NCBI GenBank assembly: GCA_049967475.1
Contig: JBMFSQ010000033.1
Location: 1-34,824 of the forward strand
DNA: 34,824 bases
Direction of reading: 5' to 3'
Source: Chthonomonadales bacterium
Lineage (GTDB): Bacteria > Armatimonadota > Chthonomonadetes > Chthonomonadales > CAJBBX01
The number at the start of each line of letters is the position of its first letter. The stretch's first letter is position 1. The notes beneath the pieces were generated by a model that did not search any database, was not told the DNA's origin, and saw only the letters and a program-made list of their open reading frames with translations. The translations under genes were made by a program, and so were the position numbers. Shown one piece after another: positions 34,290 to 34,824 of the stretch.

Positions 34290-34823
34290 CTAAAGGCTGC
34301 CCGAGCTGAGTAGGAACTCGCCCTGCTCGTCGTAGTCGAAGGAGCGAGCGTAACCCGCCGCCTGCCAGAGCTGATCGAAGACGGGCTTGAGAGGCTTCTC
34401 GAGGTCCTTGGCCAAATCGGGCATCGGGCTGTCGGGTATGGCTTCCATCAGGATCTCGGGGAAAATCAGGCGGTCCTCCTGCAGCCGGACCGGATCGTGG
34501 TAGTGAGACGGGCCTGGGCTGCCGCTCAGCCCAATTGGATGGAGCGCACGTCCCCGCGTTTGGAGGATGGACACGCCGATGTACACGGGACCCTTTAGGC
34601 CCGCCCGGCGCAGCCGCTCGAGCACATGGCCGCACACGCAGAGGGTCCAGATCTCCACGTCCTCCGTGGGGCAGCATTCGATGCCGTCAATCGGCACAAG
34701 CGCCGTGCCCTTCGTTAAAGCCTCGGCGCATCCGTTCCGATAGACCTGGACGTATTCCAGGGAGGAACTCCGCGCCACCACATTAGCGCCTTTGAACGGG
34801 TCCACTTGAGAATAGGAAGACGC
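34290..34823 (-). CDS. Partial gene (5' end outside the window); C-terminal region of the type seen in AlbA/Schlafen-like domain proteins
   Basis: Frame is open to the window edge; YVQVYRNG..E, PVYIGVS, LKPVFDQLWQAAG..RS..YD..G pattern recalled from such proteins; the diagnostic N-terminal domain is not visible. Confidence 0.45.
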   Translation of the reverse strand, partial: ASSYSQVDPFKGANVVARSSSLEYVQVYRNGCAEALTKGTALVPIDGIECCPTEDVEIWTLCVCGHVLERLRRAGLKGPVYIGVSILQTRGRALHPIGLSGSPGPSHYHDPVRLQEDRLIFPEILMEAIPDSPMPDLAKDLEKPLKPVFDQLWQAAGYARSFDYDEQGEFLLSSGSL

Positions 34824-34824
34824 A

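Overview
GC-rich bacterial chromosome window. The gene content (two prepilin/DUF1559-type H-X9-DG genes each followed by tiny membrane proteins, CRTAC1 plus TPR, csaB, outer-membrane barrels) points to a diderm Terrabacteria genome, most likely Armatimonadota; this is an inference. Three blocks are visible. (1) 1-6.4 kb: two prepilin-like cassettes flanking a convergent CRTAC1/FG-GAP lipoprotein and TPR protein pair. (2) 6.4-18.3 kb: DUF1517-like protein, nicotinate phosphoribosyltransferase with a degenerate membrane-anchored macrodomain, pth, a large SprA-like outer-membrane protein, csaB, DUF5693, a rhomboid protease and tRNA-Gly(TCC). (3) 18.4-34.8 kb: a glycan-utilisation/envelope block with an unknown ~1000-aa glycosidase-like protein, an alpha-2-macroglobulin, a sugar ABC transporter, CE7, GH20 and GH16, plus a truncated gene at the right edge. 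The most notable signals are: a 96-nt near-identical 5' constant segment shared by the two otherwise divergent prepilin genes; a shared YYxGPxxxKGxPNV motif in two adjacent small proteins with different membrane anchors; a GspG-pseudopilin-like domain inserted inside the alpha-2-macroglobulin; and SVWDLLR repeats on the large barrel next to csaB. No CRISPR array, integrase or transposase was seen. All family calls come from motif recognition by eye, without database searches.
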